DNA of 64,000 nucleotides from an uncultured Verrucomicrobiae bacterium (lineage in GTDB: Bacteria > Verrucomicrobiota > Verrucomicrobiia > Chthoniobacterales > UBA10450): contig CAVTMK010000002.1 in the NCBI GenBank assembly GCA_963735805.1, forward strand, positions 224,001-288,000, in the 5' to 3' direction. Positions 12,032 through 23,688 of the stretch are shown piece after piece. The translations under genes and the position numbers were made by a program. Every line of letters starts with the position of its first letter. Position 1 is the first letter of the stretch. The notes below the pieces were generated by a model, which saw only the letters and a program-made list of their open reading frames with translations, had not been told where the DNA came from and searched no databases.

Positions 12032-12718
12032 TTAAGAGACAGGATTTTTCCGAAATTCATCCAGATAATTCTGTAGCTGCCGATTCGCGTAGAAGAGCCT
12101 CGAACGTACCGTTCCTTCCGAAACGCGCAAGATTTTACTGATCTCAGCGTGGGGCATCCCCTGGATATGGAACATGGTAACCACAGCTCTGTGTTCATCA
12201 GACAATTTCATCATGGCCTCGTTCAATCTTCGCTGCAGCTCGGACAGGTCCGCTTCGCGCACCGGACTACTGGTGGCCGTGCTCTCCAGGAATTCCTTGT
12301 CGTTTTGAATACTGGCATCAACGTCATCCAGGCTCAGTTGAAAACGTCGGCCGCGTTTTTTGAGAAAATTGAGCGTCATATTCACGGAAATGGAATGAAT
12401 CCAAGTGTAAAAGGACGATTTGCCACGGAAGCCGCGGATGGCGCGGTAGGCTTTGGCAAAAATGTCCTGCAAAAGATCGTTCGTGTCCTCGTGATTGGAG
12501 GTCATGTTGTAAACCAGACCGTAAAGACGCGGCGTGTATTTGATGACCAGTTCATCGAAAGCACTGGCATCGCCCGATTGCGTTCGCGTTACCAACTCCT
12601 GATCTGGATCGACCCTTGGCTGGTCCATTGTCTCGCGCCTAGACTTAGCACGAGCCTGGAGACCGGACGACAACAAATCAGAGATCCGTCGAGCAGGTAA
12701 CGTGAGAGCTTGGTCCAT
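12032..12718 (-). CDS. ECF sigma-70 factor (RpoE-like); alternative start at 12628
   Basis: Region 2 DLLQDIFAKAY...SSFYTWIHSI; region 4 EISKILRVSEGTVRSRLFYA. Confidence 0.93.
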   Translation of the reverse strand: MDQALTLPARRISDLLSSGLQARAKSRRETMDQPRVDPDQELVTRTQSGDASAFDELVIKYTPRLYGLVYNMTSNHEDTNDLLQDIFAKAYRAIRGFRGKSSFYTWIHSISVNMTLNFLKKRGRRFQLSLDDVDASIQNDKEFLESTATSSPVREADLSELQRRLNEAMMKLSDEHRAVVTMFHIQGMPHAEISKILRVSEGTVRSRLFYANRQLQNYLDEFRKNPVS

Positions 12719-12735
12719 TTAAATAATGCGATCGA

Positions 12736-13428
12736 TCAGCGCCGATCGCGGATCGACAGTAGCCAGAGCAGGTTGCCCAACGCCGCGATGAACGCCGCCA
12801 CATACGTAAGCGCAGCTGCGTTGAGGACCTTGTTCACGCCCACCACTTCCTCTCCTGGCTGGACGATCCCCATTTGTTGCAAAATGATCTTTGCTCGCCG
12901 CGAGGCGTCGAATTCCACGGGTAGCGTGATTACTTGGAAGACCAGTAGAATCGCATAACAATATATGCCGATTGTGATCAAGCCGGTAATGTGAAAGAAC
13001 AATCCACCCAGGATCACGAACGGCAGCATTTGTGACGCGACCATTGTCACCGGCACAATCGCCATTCGTGCCTTCAGGGGCGCGTACGCTTTCGCGTGTT
13101 GAATTGCGTGCCCGGTCTCATGTGCTGCAATGCCCAACGCCGCTACCGACGGCGTGTTGTAAACGCTGGTGGAAAGATGCAGCTTCTTGTCCCTTGGATC
13201 GTAGTGGTCTCCGAGAAAATCGTTCGTTTCCACTACATCGACATCGTGAATTTGCGCTGCTTGCAGAATTTCCCGCGCACATTCGGCACCGGTAATGTTC
13301 GAGCTCGCACGCACCTCACCCCATTTTCGAAATGCGCTGGTAACCCGAATTTGTGCCCAAATCCCAATGATCAACGGGACGCCAATATAGAGCAGCCAAT
13401 GAGATCCAAAACCGAAACCGTAATACAT
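12736..13428 (-). CDS. Membrane zinc metallopeptidase (YugP/Zn_peptidase_2 family)
   Basis: DHYDP, AAHETGHAIQH, TLPVEFDASRRA, AAALTYVA. Confidence 0.92.
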   Translation of the reverse strand: MYYGFGFGSHWLLYIGVPLIIGIWAQIRVTSAFRKWGEVRASSNITGAECAREILQAAQIHDVDVVETNDFLGDHYDPRDKKLHLSTSVYNTPSVAALGIAAHETGHAIQHAKAYAPLKARMAIVPVTMVASQMLPFVILGGLFFHITGLITIGIYCYAILLVFQVITLPVEFDASRRAKIILQQMGIVQPGEEVVGVNKVLNAAALTYVAAFIAALGNLLWLLSIRDRR

Positions 13429-13606
13429 ACCGAGGTTAATTTAACGTATCGAGGTCACTTGTCACACCACTGGCTCGAAACAATTAGACGCGTAATCGCG
13501 GCCTTCGTTCATTCAGAAGTGGGTTGGGCTCAGTCAATCTATACAAGAGGTTGGCGCCGAACGTGCATCTGGCGTCAGCAACGCTCTGAGGACAGTGCCG
13601 TTTCGC

Positions 13607-14740
13607 CTAGATTTCCAACTGCTTTGGAAACCGAGACAGGACATTGCAACCCTTTTTGGTAACCACGACTACGTCTTCCAGTCGGACCCCGCCGAGTCCC
13701 GGGTAATAAAGGCCAGGCTCAACAGTCACCACCTGGCGATCTTTTAGAATAACCTTTTGCAAGCGTGGATGCTCGTGGATTTCCAGTCCAAGACCGTGCC
13801 CGGTGCCGTGAAAGAATCCGACGCGTCGACCCCTGCGCACTTCGGTTGGAAAACCGCGCTGGGCGAATAACTCCTGAATGGCTTTATGAATCGTCATTCC
13901 ATCGACTCCTGCCTTGATTCTCTTTAAAGCCAGCACCTGGCCGGCCTTCACCGCCTCCCAAAGCTTCCGCTGAGCTTCGCTCGCCCGCCCGCGCAAAACG
14001 GTGCGGGTCATGTCGCCAAAATATCCTGTCCTCGCGTCGCGCGGAAAAACATCGAGGATAATCAACGAGTCTGCGTAAAGCGGACCGTAACCGCGCTCAT
14101 GCGGGTCGCACGCCTGGTCGCCACCGGCGACGATGGTACCGGTGGGAATACCGCCGGCATGTAAGATCGTCGAATCAATTTCAGCCCGGAGCATTTCGGA
14201 GGTCAGCGCCTTGCCTCTCCAGCGCAGCCGTTTCCCAGCGCCGGCCTTGGACGCTCTCAAAACTTCGATGCCGCGTTTGAGTCCTCTCTCGGTAATTCGC
14301 AAGGCCTGGCCGATCATTTCCACTTCCTTTTCCGATTTCGCTTCGCGCTCCGGCCAGAAAAATCCGTTTGTTGCGCGAACACGGATTTTGTTTGCGGTAA
14401 GTTCGTCCGCGTAAGCAAGTGAAAAATTTGCGGGCACGGCTACGGATCTTACGCCCCGTTTTTTAAGGAAGTGTGCAAGGACTTTTTCATAAGAGGGCGC
14501 TTTTTTGGATTTCCCCTGCACTTCGCGCTCGAGCTCGCTAAACATGACGAATTCATTCGCATTGGCTTGCTTGCGGCTGCGATCGATTTCCAAATCGCTA
14601 AGGACGAGGGTGCGCTTGCCATTGCGTTCCAGAAAGATGAATGGATCTGGTGCCCAAAATTTCGTTGCGTAAAACATGTCGGCGTCTGTATCGCTGCTTG
14701 CGACAATTAGGCGTGCCGGTTTTGTTTTTCGTTTAGTCAT
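13607..14740 (-). CDS. Xaa-Pro aminopeptidase, M24 family
   Basis: GYFGDMTRT, HGTGHGLGLEIHE, TVEPGLY, GVRLED. Confidence 0.93.
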   Translation of the reverse strand: MTKRKTKPARLIVASSDTDADMFYATKFWAPDPFIFLERNGKRTLVLSDLEIDRSRKQANANEFVMFSELEREVQGKSKKAPSYEKVLAHFLKKRGVRSVAVPANFSLAYADELTANKIRVRATNGFFWPEREAKSEKEVEMIGQALRITERGLKRGIEVLRASKAGAGKRLRWRGKALTSEMLRAEIDSTILHAGGIPTGTIVAGGDQACDPHERGYGPLYADSLIILDVFPRDARTGYFGDMTRTVLRGRASEAQRKLWEAVKAGQVLALKRIKAGVDGMTIHKAIQELFAQRGFPTEVRRGRRVGFFHGTGHGLGLEIHEHPRLQKVILKDRQVVTVEPGLYYPGLGGVRLEDVVVVTKKGCNVLSRFPKQLEI

Positions 14741-14824
14741 TCCCTCTTGTTACGCCGATTGGCGTTGTAGGCAACCCGTCGGCCGCAAACTGTCGGAGCA
14801 GGCCGAGCGCCCGTCATGCGAAGA

Positions 14825-17800
14825 CTAGCTTCGTCTCACTTCGAGTTCTCTTCGTAAGATCCAATGCAACAGCCCAAGCAATCCGAGCGTTGATAAAATC
14901 AAGACAGCCGTGTTGAAGAAAAAGATACCAAAATTGATCCCGAAATATCGTTTCTGCGCGCCGAAAAATACGTTCGGCTTGTTCCCCCGACGGTAATCGC
15001 TTTGATCCATCTCGGCGTTTGAGATCAGGTCTGAGACCTTCTGGTTCACATAGATTTGCTCGGCCGTGATCGGGCCGTTCGCGTCCTTGAAAAGGGCGCG
15101 GTCGAAGGGCCGTTTGCCGCTTAGCACTGGATCGATCAGGTGCAGGTAGTGATCCACGTCGCGCGGGGACTTACCCTCCAATCCCGAGAGCAGCGCCAGT
15201 ACGTCCTTCAGGTCGTCAAGTCGTTGGCGTTTCTCTGGACTGTTGGCCTGAGGGGCGAGGCGTTGAATCTCGTCGTTGGCCCGATCCTGTCTCCGCGTGA
15301 GCGGATTAAGCTTCGCCTGCGCGACAATCATCTCCTCGTACGACCAGCGCATGGCGATGAATTGACAGACGAACGGCACCTGCAATTTGCTCTCCGTCTT
15401 CCTGGTCTTCTCCGTGTTTGGATGTTCCTGGACCCAACGCGAAAGCGTCCACAGAAGCGTGAGGTTCCGGTTCATGTCCTCATATTTGATGAGAGCGCCC
15501 CCCATGATGATCTGCGGAATTAGGACAAGCGGTACGATGTTTGCCGCCGTCTTCGGATCGGCCACCAATGAAGAGATAAGTAGCCCAAGAGCGACACCAC
15601 CCATGGCGGTCATGAACATGATCCCGAGGTCGAGCCAGAACATTCCGCGAATTTGCAGAATGTAATTGCCAATCAGGACAAACAGGACGCATTGAACAAG
15701 GGCGAATACTCCGAGCGTGAGCGTTTTCGAGACGACGTAGTACGACAAACGAACGTTGACGTTTCGCTCGCGTTGCAGCACCGGTCGATCCCGAATGATG
15801 TCGTCGGCGCTGTTGGTTAGGCCGAGAAACATCGCGACAATCAGGCCGAGGAACAGGAACGTCGGAATATGATAGGCGGAAGCAAAATCGTATATCCCGC
15901 TCTCCGAATAGCGCAGGATGGTCGCAATCAGCATCGCCAGTACAGGCGAAACCCCGATGGTGATCACCATATTGGCGCGGTTGCGCATTTTGCTTACAAA
16001 CGCGCGCCGCAGCACGGTGCGAAATTGCGTCCATTCATCGTGCCAACGAAGTGGCAGCCGCTTTTTCTGAACGGGCGCCACTGGCAACGCAGATGGCTCT
16101 TCTTTCCGCAGAGAAACCTGTTTGACGTCCTGAATCAGGCGAAACGCTTCATATTTGTCGCGCCAGAATTCCGGCGAATAACGACGCGCTGCAACAAGCT
16201 GGCCACGGCTGTTTTCTTCGTAAATGATGTCTCCACTCAGGTCGCGCAGCGGCGTCTCCAGCACATCGAAAATAAATTCCGGGCGCGTTGTACCACAGGC
16301 CGGACACGCGCCCAGCTCCGCCCCAAACTGATGTTGGTGTTCCGCTTCAGCGAAATAGCGCAACATGTCGGAAGGCGCTCCGAAAAAGACCAGGCGGCCG
16401 CCTTTGTCGAGCAGGATCGCCTTGTGAAACATCTGGAAAATTTTCGAACTCGGCTGATGAATGGTGACGATAACGATTTTGTTGTGCGCCATGCTCCGAA
16501 TAATTTCCATGACGTGCTCGGAATCCTTTGAGGAAAGGCCGGAGGTCGGTTCATCGAACAGATAAACGTCCGACATCCCGATCATATCGAGCCCGATGTT
16601 AAGACGTTTTCGCTCGCCGCCGCTGAGCGTTTTGCTTTCCGGGCTGCCGACAACTGCATCACGCCGTTCACCGAGCCCGAGCTCGACTAGTTTGGCATCC
16701 AGACGGCGATTGCGATCGCGGCGTGAGAGATGCGGCGCGCGAATTGCCGCCGCAAACAATAGATTTTCGCCGATGGTGAGATGTTCGTCGAAAGCGTCCT
16801 GTTGAGGCATATAACTCAGATAGTGCTTCAGGGCGTCGAGATTTTGATAGAGCGATTGTCCATTGAGGAGGACTTCGCCGCTGCTGGGCTGAAGCTGGCC
16901 AGCCAGCACTCTCATGAGCGTGCTCTTTCCGCAGCCACTGGCGCCCATCACGCACACGAGTTCGCCCCGCGCGATGCTAAAGGAGATTCCCTCGAGACCA
17001 ATCTGGCCCTTGCCAAATCGGTGCGTGATTTCGTTGGCCTCGAGAGTGCGAATGATATTGCGCTCTTCTTCGATGATTCTTTCCGAAAAATTGCATCGTA
17101 GAAATTGGCCGATATCGATTCGAATGGTGTCGCCGTCTTTGAGTGGCGCCGTGGTGCGCACGACAGTGTCACCCACCATGATCGGACGATCCGCTTCGAT
17201 GACCTCCAGCTGACCCACTCGCCGATCGTAATCGCAGAAAATCTTCAACAGCACGTCGCCGCTCGTGCCAGGGGAAAGAAGAATATCGTCAGCCTGCAGC
17301 CGGCTCGGTTCATTCGAAACCAGATACTCCGATTTGGAGGCCTTTAGTTGAAACCGGCCACCCAGGGCGCGCGCCCGTCGGCGCAGGTCATTCAAATCCA
17401 TCTCGCTGTTGTTGCGGAAGACGATCCTGTCTTCTAAAGCCGCATCGACCTGCGTCCCGGCCTTTAACTTCACGCCGTTGAGCTCGGCGTCCACATCACG
17501 CAAAGCCGTCACGCGAACCTTCAATCCGAAAGTGACCCGGAGCGCGCTTTCGCGTGTTCGCGAGCGTTCCAATCCCACCTCATCCGAGTCTCTGTTTACA
17601 CGAATGAAAATCTGCGGAAGCGAAACGTTCTTCTTTGCATTGAAAAATTGCGCCAGCTCCTGATAGCTAAGCACCTGATCGCCCACCAGGATGCGCTGCC
17701 CGGGATAAATTCGGCAAAAACCGCCACGCACCAACGGTCTTCCACGGACCGAGACGGTTTGGTCGCTGTAATTTTTTAGCAAAATCAGTTCGTGATAGCG

Positions 17801-18433
17801 AAAAGCCATCAAACGATCGGTGTCGTTCAGATTTTTAAGCGTTACGTCGGCCTTCCCGTCGGGACCGAAAGAAAGCGACTCCAGCGGTGACGCGCCATGC
17901 TGATAGATCGACGGATCGGAATCTTCCGAGGCGTTGAGTTGATAAACGATGTCGATCGCCTGCGCAGCCATCCCCATCTGCGACATGAACGAATAGAACG
18001 CAACAACCTGTTCCTGCTTCAAACCGGCTTGCGATATCAGGTCGTATAGTTGGACCCCAAGCATGATTTTGCGGTCTGTGCTCACTTGCGCGCCGAGCTT
18101 TTGCGCCATCGCAGCCAGGTCTTGCTGCTCGTAAAGTGCCTGCCGAAATAATTGTCGCAGCTCGGAGTAAACCGCCTCCGGATAATCGTACCGGAGAAAG
18201 CCAAGGCTTGAGTCGATCTCTTCCTCAAGCAGAACACCGTCTGCTTTCGTAAAGCTCGCAAGCACCTGGATTAACACGGGCAGCATATTCGGCCCCTCCG
18301 CGACGCTTCGAGGCTTGCGCAACGCTCGACGCACCCAGCGGCGCCCAGTGCGACGCACTCGATAGGCAAGGGGCGTGACACGCTGTACAGCGCGGTCGAT
18401 CTTATCTGCGACTGATGAGACGAGCTCTGTCAT
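14825..18433 (-). CDS. Large fused ABC transporter (ABCG-like ATPase + permease) with N-terminal TerB-like and possible FHA-like domains
   Basis: Walker A GASGCGKS, LSGGERKR, LFDEPTSGL, TIHQPS; ABC2-type TM region; N-terminal LASFTKADGVLLEEEI resembles TerB/DjlA. Confidence 0.88.
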   Translation of the reverse strand: MTELVSSVADKIDRAVQRVTPLAYRVRRTGRRWVRRALRKPRSVAEGPNMLPVLIQVLASFTKADGVLLEEEIDSSLGFLRYDYPEAVYSELRQLFRQALYEQQDLAAMAQKLGAQVSTDRKIMLGVQLYDLISQAGLKQEQVVAFYSFMSQMGMAAQAIDIVYQLNASEDSDPSIYQHGASPLESLSFGPDGKADVTLKNLNDTDRLMAFRYHELILLKNYSDQTVSVRGRPLVRGGFCRIYPGQRILVGDQVLSYQELAQFFNAKKNVSLPQIFIRVNRDSDEVGLERSRTRESALRVTFGLKVRVTALRDVDAELNGVKLKAGTQVDAALEDRIVFRNNSEMDLNDLRRRARALGGRFQLKASKSEYLVSNEPSRLQADDILLSPGTSGDVLLKIFCDYDRRVGQLEVIEADRPIMVGDTVVRTTAPLKDGDTIRIDIGQFLRCNFSERIIEEERNIIRTLEANEITHRFGKGQIGLEGISFSIARGELVCVMGASGCGKSTLMRVLAGQLQPSSGEVLLNGQSLYQNLDALKHYLSYMPQQDAFDEHLTIGENLLFAAAIRAPHLSRRDRNRRLDAKLVELGLGERRDAVVGSPESKTLSGGERKRLNIGLDMIGMSDVYLFDEPTSGLSSKDSEHVMEIIRSMAHNKIVIVTIHQPSSKIFQMFHKAILLDKGGRLVFFGAPSDMLRYFAEAEHQHQFGAELGACPACGTTRPEFIFDVLETPLRDLSGDIIYEENSRGQLVAARRYSPEFWRDKYEAFRLIQDVKQVSLRKEEPSALPVAPVQKKRLPLRWHDEWTQFRTVLRRAFVSKMRNRANMVITIGVSPVLAMLIATILRYSESGIYDFASAYHIPTFLFLGLIVAMFLGLTNSADDIIRDRPVLQRERNVNVRLSYYVVSKTLTLGVFALVQCVLFVLIGNYILQIRGMFWLDLGIMFMTAMGGVALGLLISSLVADPKTAANIVPLVLIPQIIMGGALIKYEDMNRNLTLLWTLSRWVQEHPNTEKTRKTESKLQVPFVCQFIAMRWSYEEMIVAQAKLNPLTRRQDRANDEIQRLAPQANSPEKRQRLDDLKDVLALLSGLEGKSPRDVDHYLHLIDPVLSGKRPFDRALFKDANGPITAEQIYVNQKVSDLISNAEMDQSDYRRGNKPNVFFGAQKRYFGINFGIFFFNTAVLILSTLGLLGLLHWILRRELEVRRS

Positions 18434-18674
18434 GTCAATATTCGGGTGCGGATTTTACCCGAAACGGGCGAACGACGCAATGCACGGTCACGAATATAAA
18501 AGTGGGGGCAAATGACGAAATCCGAACGACCAGCAGCTCCGCCACGTCAAAGCGTTTAGAATAATGAACCATTTTAAGGGTGTAACGAATCACCAATCAT
18601 GTGGGGTTTCCCCATTTTGCATTGCCAATTTGTTCATGGTAACCTTTTTACAACGGTAAATCCCGTTCCTATTT

Positions 18675-20714
18675 ATGCCTCAGTTCGATCGCAACTCGCA
18701 AAAGGAGAATAAAAACCGGGGTAGCGAACCCAATTTCAATTGGCGTGGCGTCATCCTCATCGTGATCGCCTTTAGTCTCATCGCCATGGCGATGCTCTTT
18801 TACCGCGGCGGAATGCAGCCGGTCGAAGACGTGCCGTACAACCGGTTCCTCGAACTGCTGGAGAACAAACAAATCGTTAACGACAAAAACTCTCCGCTCC
18901 AGTTGGTGGTTGAGGATGGCCGGCCAACTCAAACGTTGCGCGGCGCTTACACCCGCCAGGGAATAGGTGCGGCGCCGTCTCAGCAGGTGCCGTTTAAAAC
19001 CACGGTTTATTTGACTTTCACAAACGATCTGCAGCAAAAGCTCGCTGCCGCCGGTATTCAGCCCGCCATCAAGACTGAATCGAACATGCTTGCGCAAACC
19101 GTGGTCGGGTTTCTGCCGATCGCCCTTTTCTTGCTGGTGCTGTATTTCCTGTTCCGCCAGCAAATCCGCATGGCTGGGAAAGGCGCGCTCAACTTCGGCA
19201 AATCGAAGGCGCGCATGCTCGCCCGCGATAAGAACAAAATCACCTTTCGCGATGTCGCCGGAGTCGAGGAAGCGAAGGATGAAGTGCAGGAGCTCGTCGA
19301 GTTTTTGCGTGATCCGAAAAAATTTCAGAAGCTCGGCGGACGCATTCCAAAAGGCGTCCTGATGGTCGGGCCTCCGGGCACTGGCAAGACGCTTTTAGCG
19401 CGCGCCATTGCAGGAGAAGCGGATGTCCCGTTCTTTTCCATCAGCGGCTCGGATTTTGTTGAGATGTTTGTCGGCGTCGGCGCGTCGCGGGTGCGTGACA
19501 TGTTCGACCAGGGCAAAAAATCCGCGCCCTGCATCATCTTCATCGATGAAATCGACGCAGTCGGACGCCATCGCGGTCATGGCGTAGGTGGCGGTCACGA
19601 TGAACGGGAACAAACGTTAAATGCGTTGCTGGTCGAGATGGACGGGTTCGATACTCAGGAAGGCGTCATCATCATCGCAGCCACGAACCGTCCCGATGTT
19701 CTCGATCCCGCTTTGCTGCGGCCGGGGCGTTTCGATCGCCAGATCACGGTCAATCTGCCTGATGTGAAAGGACGCGAAGAAATTTTGCGTGTCCACGCCA
19801 AGAAAGTGAAGCTTGCCGAGGGCGTCGATCTCGCAGTTGTCGCGCGCGGCACGCCTGGTTACTCAGGCGCCGAATTGGCGAATGTCATCAACGAAGCGGC
19901 ATTACTCGCCGCGCGTCGGGGATTAAAGGGAATCACCCTCGCGGAACTCGAAGAAGCGCGGGACAAAGTTCGCTGGGGCAAAGAACGCCGAAGCCTTGCG
20001 CTCAGCGAAAAGGAAAAGCAGAACACCGCGTACCACGAAGCCGGTCACGCATTGTTGCTCGAACTTTTGCCGCACACCGAGCCGTTGCACAAAGTCACCA
20101 TTATTCCGCGCGGGCCGTCGCTTGGATCGACCATGTGGTTGCCGGAGGAAGATAAATACACAAATCGCAAAAACGAATTGCTGGCCGGTCTTTCCGTCAG
20201 CATGGGCGGCCGCGTGGCCGAGGAAATCATCTTCGGCGACATCACAAACGGCGCGCGCGGCGACATCAAAATGGCTACGGCGATCGCGCGCCGGATGGTT
20301 TGCGAATGGGGCATGAGCGAAAAAATGGGCATGGTCGAATACGGCGACCACGAAGATTACGTTTTCCTCGGACGCGACATTTCTCGGGCGCGCGATTACA
20401 GCGAAGCGACTGCCGAGCAGATCGATCAGGAAGTGCGCAAACTCCTCGATGATGCGTATCATCTGGCGAAGGAAACGCTCACAGCGAATCGCGATAAACT
20501 CGAAGTAATCGCAAAAGCCTTGCTTGAGTTCGAAACCTTGGACGGCTCGCAGATCAAAGAAATCGTCGAACACGGTCGCCTGATTAATCCGCCGCCGGGC
20601 TCAGCGCCGCCGCCGGATAAAAAAATGCCACCAGAAAAGCCGCCAAAACAAGTTGTAGCCGCACCCGACGTCACACCACCGCTCCCTGGCGCACTGGGCG
20701 GCGCCCCCGCATAA
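18675..20714 (+). CDS. ftsH: ATP-dependent zinc metalloprotease FtsH
   Basis: Two TM segments, [50 protein letters not shown]. Confidence 0.98.
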   Translation: MPQFDRNSQKENKNRGSEPNFNWRGVILIVIAFSLIAMAMLFYRGGMQPVEDVPYNRFLELLENKQIVNDKNSPLQLVVEDGRPTQTLRGAYTRQGIGAAPSQQVPFKTTVYLTFTNDLQQKLAAAGIQPAIKTESNMLAQTVVGFLPIALFLLVLYFLFRQQIRMAGKGALNFGKSKARMLARDKNKITFRDVAGVEEAKDEVQELVEFLRDPKKFQKLGGRIPKGVLMVGPPGTGKTLLARAIAGEADVPFFSISGSDFVEMFVGVGASRVRDMFDQGKKSAPCIIFIDEIDAVGRHRGHGVGGGHDEREQTLNALLVEMDGFDTQEGVIIIAATNRPDVLDPALLRPGRFDRQITVNLPDVKGREEILRVHAKKVKLAEGVDLAVVARGTPGYSGAELANVINEAALLAARRGLKGITLAELEEARDKVRWGKERRSLALSEKEKQNTAYHEAGHALLLELLPHTEPLHKVTIIPRGPSLGSTMWLPEEDKYTNRKNELLAGLSVSMGGRVAEEIIFGDITNGARGDIKMATAIARRMVCEWGMSEKMGMVEYGDHEDYVFLGRDISRARDYSEATAEQIDQEVRKLLDDAYHLAKETLTANRDKLEVIAKALLEFETLDGSQIKEIVEHGRLINPPPGSAPPPDKKMPPEKPPKQVVAAPDVTPPLPGALGGAPA

Positions 20715-20717
20715 TTT

Positions 20718-20745
20718 GTCATTCCGAGCGAAAGTCGAGGAATCT
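20718..20745. repeat. REP-like half element downstream of ftsH
   Basis: GTCATTCCGAGCGAAAGTCGAGGAATCT, related to the repeat at 8015. Confidence 0.55.
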
Positions 20746-20800
20746 CAAGATTATCTTCGCCACAGCTTTCGCGCCTCCCCGCGAATCGCGCGCGCTTAAC

Positions 20801-20890
20801 TTAATAATACTTGCGCCGGATGACGTCTCGCACCTGGTCGAGCAGTTTGGGTTTGTTAGACTCTTCGGCACTGGTTATCCTCTTGGTCAT
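20801..20890 (-). pseudogene. intI: Integron integrase N-terminal remnant (29 aa)
   Basis: MTKRITSAEESNKPKLLDQVRDVIRRKYY* matches the typical IntI N-terminus (KLLDQVR...R.KHYS) and is divergent from a cassette array. Confidence 0.8.
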
Positions 20891-20939
20891 GGCAACAGCG
20901 ATTTTGTCTTCGCGGTTCCAAAACTCAAGCCCGATTGGA

Positions 20940-20998
20940 CCCAAAATCTGGGTATTTGTCTCGAAATGCCCAAAAATTAGATCGAATGCTCGTTAGGT
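20940..20998 (+). other. Candidate attI recombination site
   Basis: Core GTTAGGT at 20992-20998, between the intI stub and the first cassette; exact complement of ACCTAAC at that cassette's end. The 5' boundary is approximate. Confidence 0.7.
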
Positions 20999-21007
20999 CA
21001 GAATCGG

Positions 21008-21508
21008 ATGACTGTTGCACTCCGCGAAGTTACGAAGGAAGATCTGCCGATTTTTTTTGAGCATCAGCTGGATGCCGAGGCGACACGTATGGCGGCGTTC
21101 CCCAGCCGCGACCGCGACGCCTTTATGGCGCATTGGGCCAGAATCATGAGTAAGGAGACCAACGAGACCGGAATCCTAAACACCATCCTCGCGGACGGCA
21201 CCGTGGCAGGCAACGTCGTCTATTGGGAAGCGGCGGGGGAGCCAAACATCGCCTACTGGCTCGGCAAGACACATTGGGGGAAGGGGATTGCTAGTGCGGC
21301 CCTGGCCCAATTCTTGACCAAGATAGAGGCGCGACCAGTTTACGCGCATGTCGCAAAGCACAATTTCGCTTCGATACGTGTCTTACAAAAATGCGGATTC
21401 CAACTTGCACGAGAGGATATGTGCGATGGCGATGATGGCGAAGAACTTGTTATGGAGCTGCGCTCCGATCGTTGCGCCACGGGCGCCAATAAACCCACAA
21501 AGACCTAA
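21008..21508 (+). CDS. Cassette 1: GNAT (RimJ/RimL-like) acetyltransferase
   Basis: YWLGKTHWGKGIAS and NFASIRVLQKCGF; stop codon lies within ACCTAAC. Confidence 0.9.
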   Translation: MTVALREVTKEDLPIFFEHQLDAEATRMAAFPSRDRDAFMAHWARIMSKETNETGILNTILADGTVAGNVVYWEAAGEPNIAYWLGKTHWGKGIASAALAQFLTKIEARPVYAHVAKHNFASIRVLQKCGFQLAREDMCDGDDGEELVMELRSDRCATGANKPTKT

Positions 21509-21559
21509 CCAATCGATGAAGCCTCTATCTTCTTTAAAGGGGCGTTGATTTGGTGCAAA

Positions 21560-22683
<1,124 letters not shown>

Positions 22684-22803
22684 AACCAAGACAGTTACTA
22701 ACGGTCCCATTTCGAGATGCGTTCAGTGTGTTTGCGCCGACACCCCGCCGTGACTTATCTCCGTCTCGTTAGGGAGCGGCGTGCCGGCTACAATTCACGT
22801 CAA

Positions 22804-23392
22804 ATGCGCACCCATGTCGGATCGGCAGCCCTCTTTTGCGTTATCGCCGCCATATTTCTCGTCGAACTCACGACCGGAGCAGTCAGAAACGACGCTCGTC
22901 TCCTCCGGTTGGGCGCGTTACCTGATAGCGGTGAGATTGGTCACGAGGTACTGGCGTCTAATCACGTTCGGGTTTTCACACTGGGACCTCAACCATCTCT
23001 TGCTCAACACTGTCCTACTACTCATATTGGGACCGATCGTAGAGCGCCGCGCCGGTGCCGCGTGGCTGCTGCTCGTGTTCCTCACTGCATCAATAGCTAG
23101 CGGCGCCGGTATTCTCTTTAAACATCAGCTCTGGCCATCGCAAGGCGTCTCGCTTGGCGCCTCCGGCGGACTATTCGGCCTTCTCGGGGCGGCGCTCGTG
23201 CTTGCCTTCCGGGTCCCCTCACACACTAAATTCGCTCGGATGGGCGTGATTATCGTACTGGCAGTGGGACTAACCTACTCATTCTTCCCAGGCGTTAGTA
23301 TGATCGGGCACATCATTGGCTTGCTTGTAGGCATCGCGATGGGATTCTTGGTTCCTCAGGCGACAGCGAGGCCCGTGGTCGCGGATGCCTAA
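22804..23392 (+). pseudogene. Cassette 2: rhomboid intramembrane serine protease with a +1 frameshift near 22948
   Basis: MRTHVGSAALF...LLRLGAL...GHE continues in another frame as YWRLITFGFSH...HLLLN...GASGGLFG...GHIIG. Confidence 0.8.
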
Positions 23393-23420
23393 TATGCCGT
23401 GGAGCATTCACCCCCCCCCA

Positions 23421-23672
23421 ACGTAACCACTCGATGAAGCCAACTCCGGAAGCTTTGACCCTTTCGCTCCCGCTCATTTGAAACTCGCTCCTTCCCTCGC
23501 AGTTTTACCTTCTATGTCGCTTTTCCGTTAAGCTCCATTCGACCTCTCGGTTTGCCCGTCTATGTAGCTCGTGTCCCGCGGCCCGATTCGCGAGCAGGCT
23601 GGCCCCATTGCGAAGCAAGTCCAACGTGTTTGCCACGATACCGTGCCGTGGCGTATCTCTTTCTCATTAGAC
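23421..23672 (+). other. attC site 2, degenerate and lengthened by an internal ~130-bp segment
   Basis: ACGTAAC CACTCGATGAAGCCAAC ... GTGTTTGCCACGATACCGTGCCGTGGCGTATCTCTTTCTC ATTAGAC; both ends are similar to attC1. Confidence 0.7.
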
Positions 23673-23688
23673 CGCAAGGTCTGCAGCT

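Noticed and set aside
20811..20996. 61-aa plus-strand ORF
   Set aside because: Antisense to the intI stub and spans the attI-like site.
23455..23586. Possible group IIC-attC intron remnant
   Set aside because: No GTGCG 5' end, domain V hairpin or RT fragment could be recognised; left as an unexplained insert.
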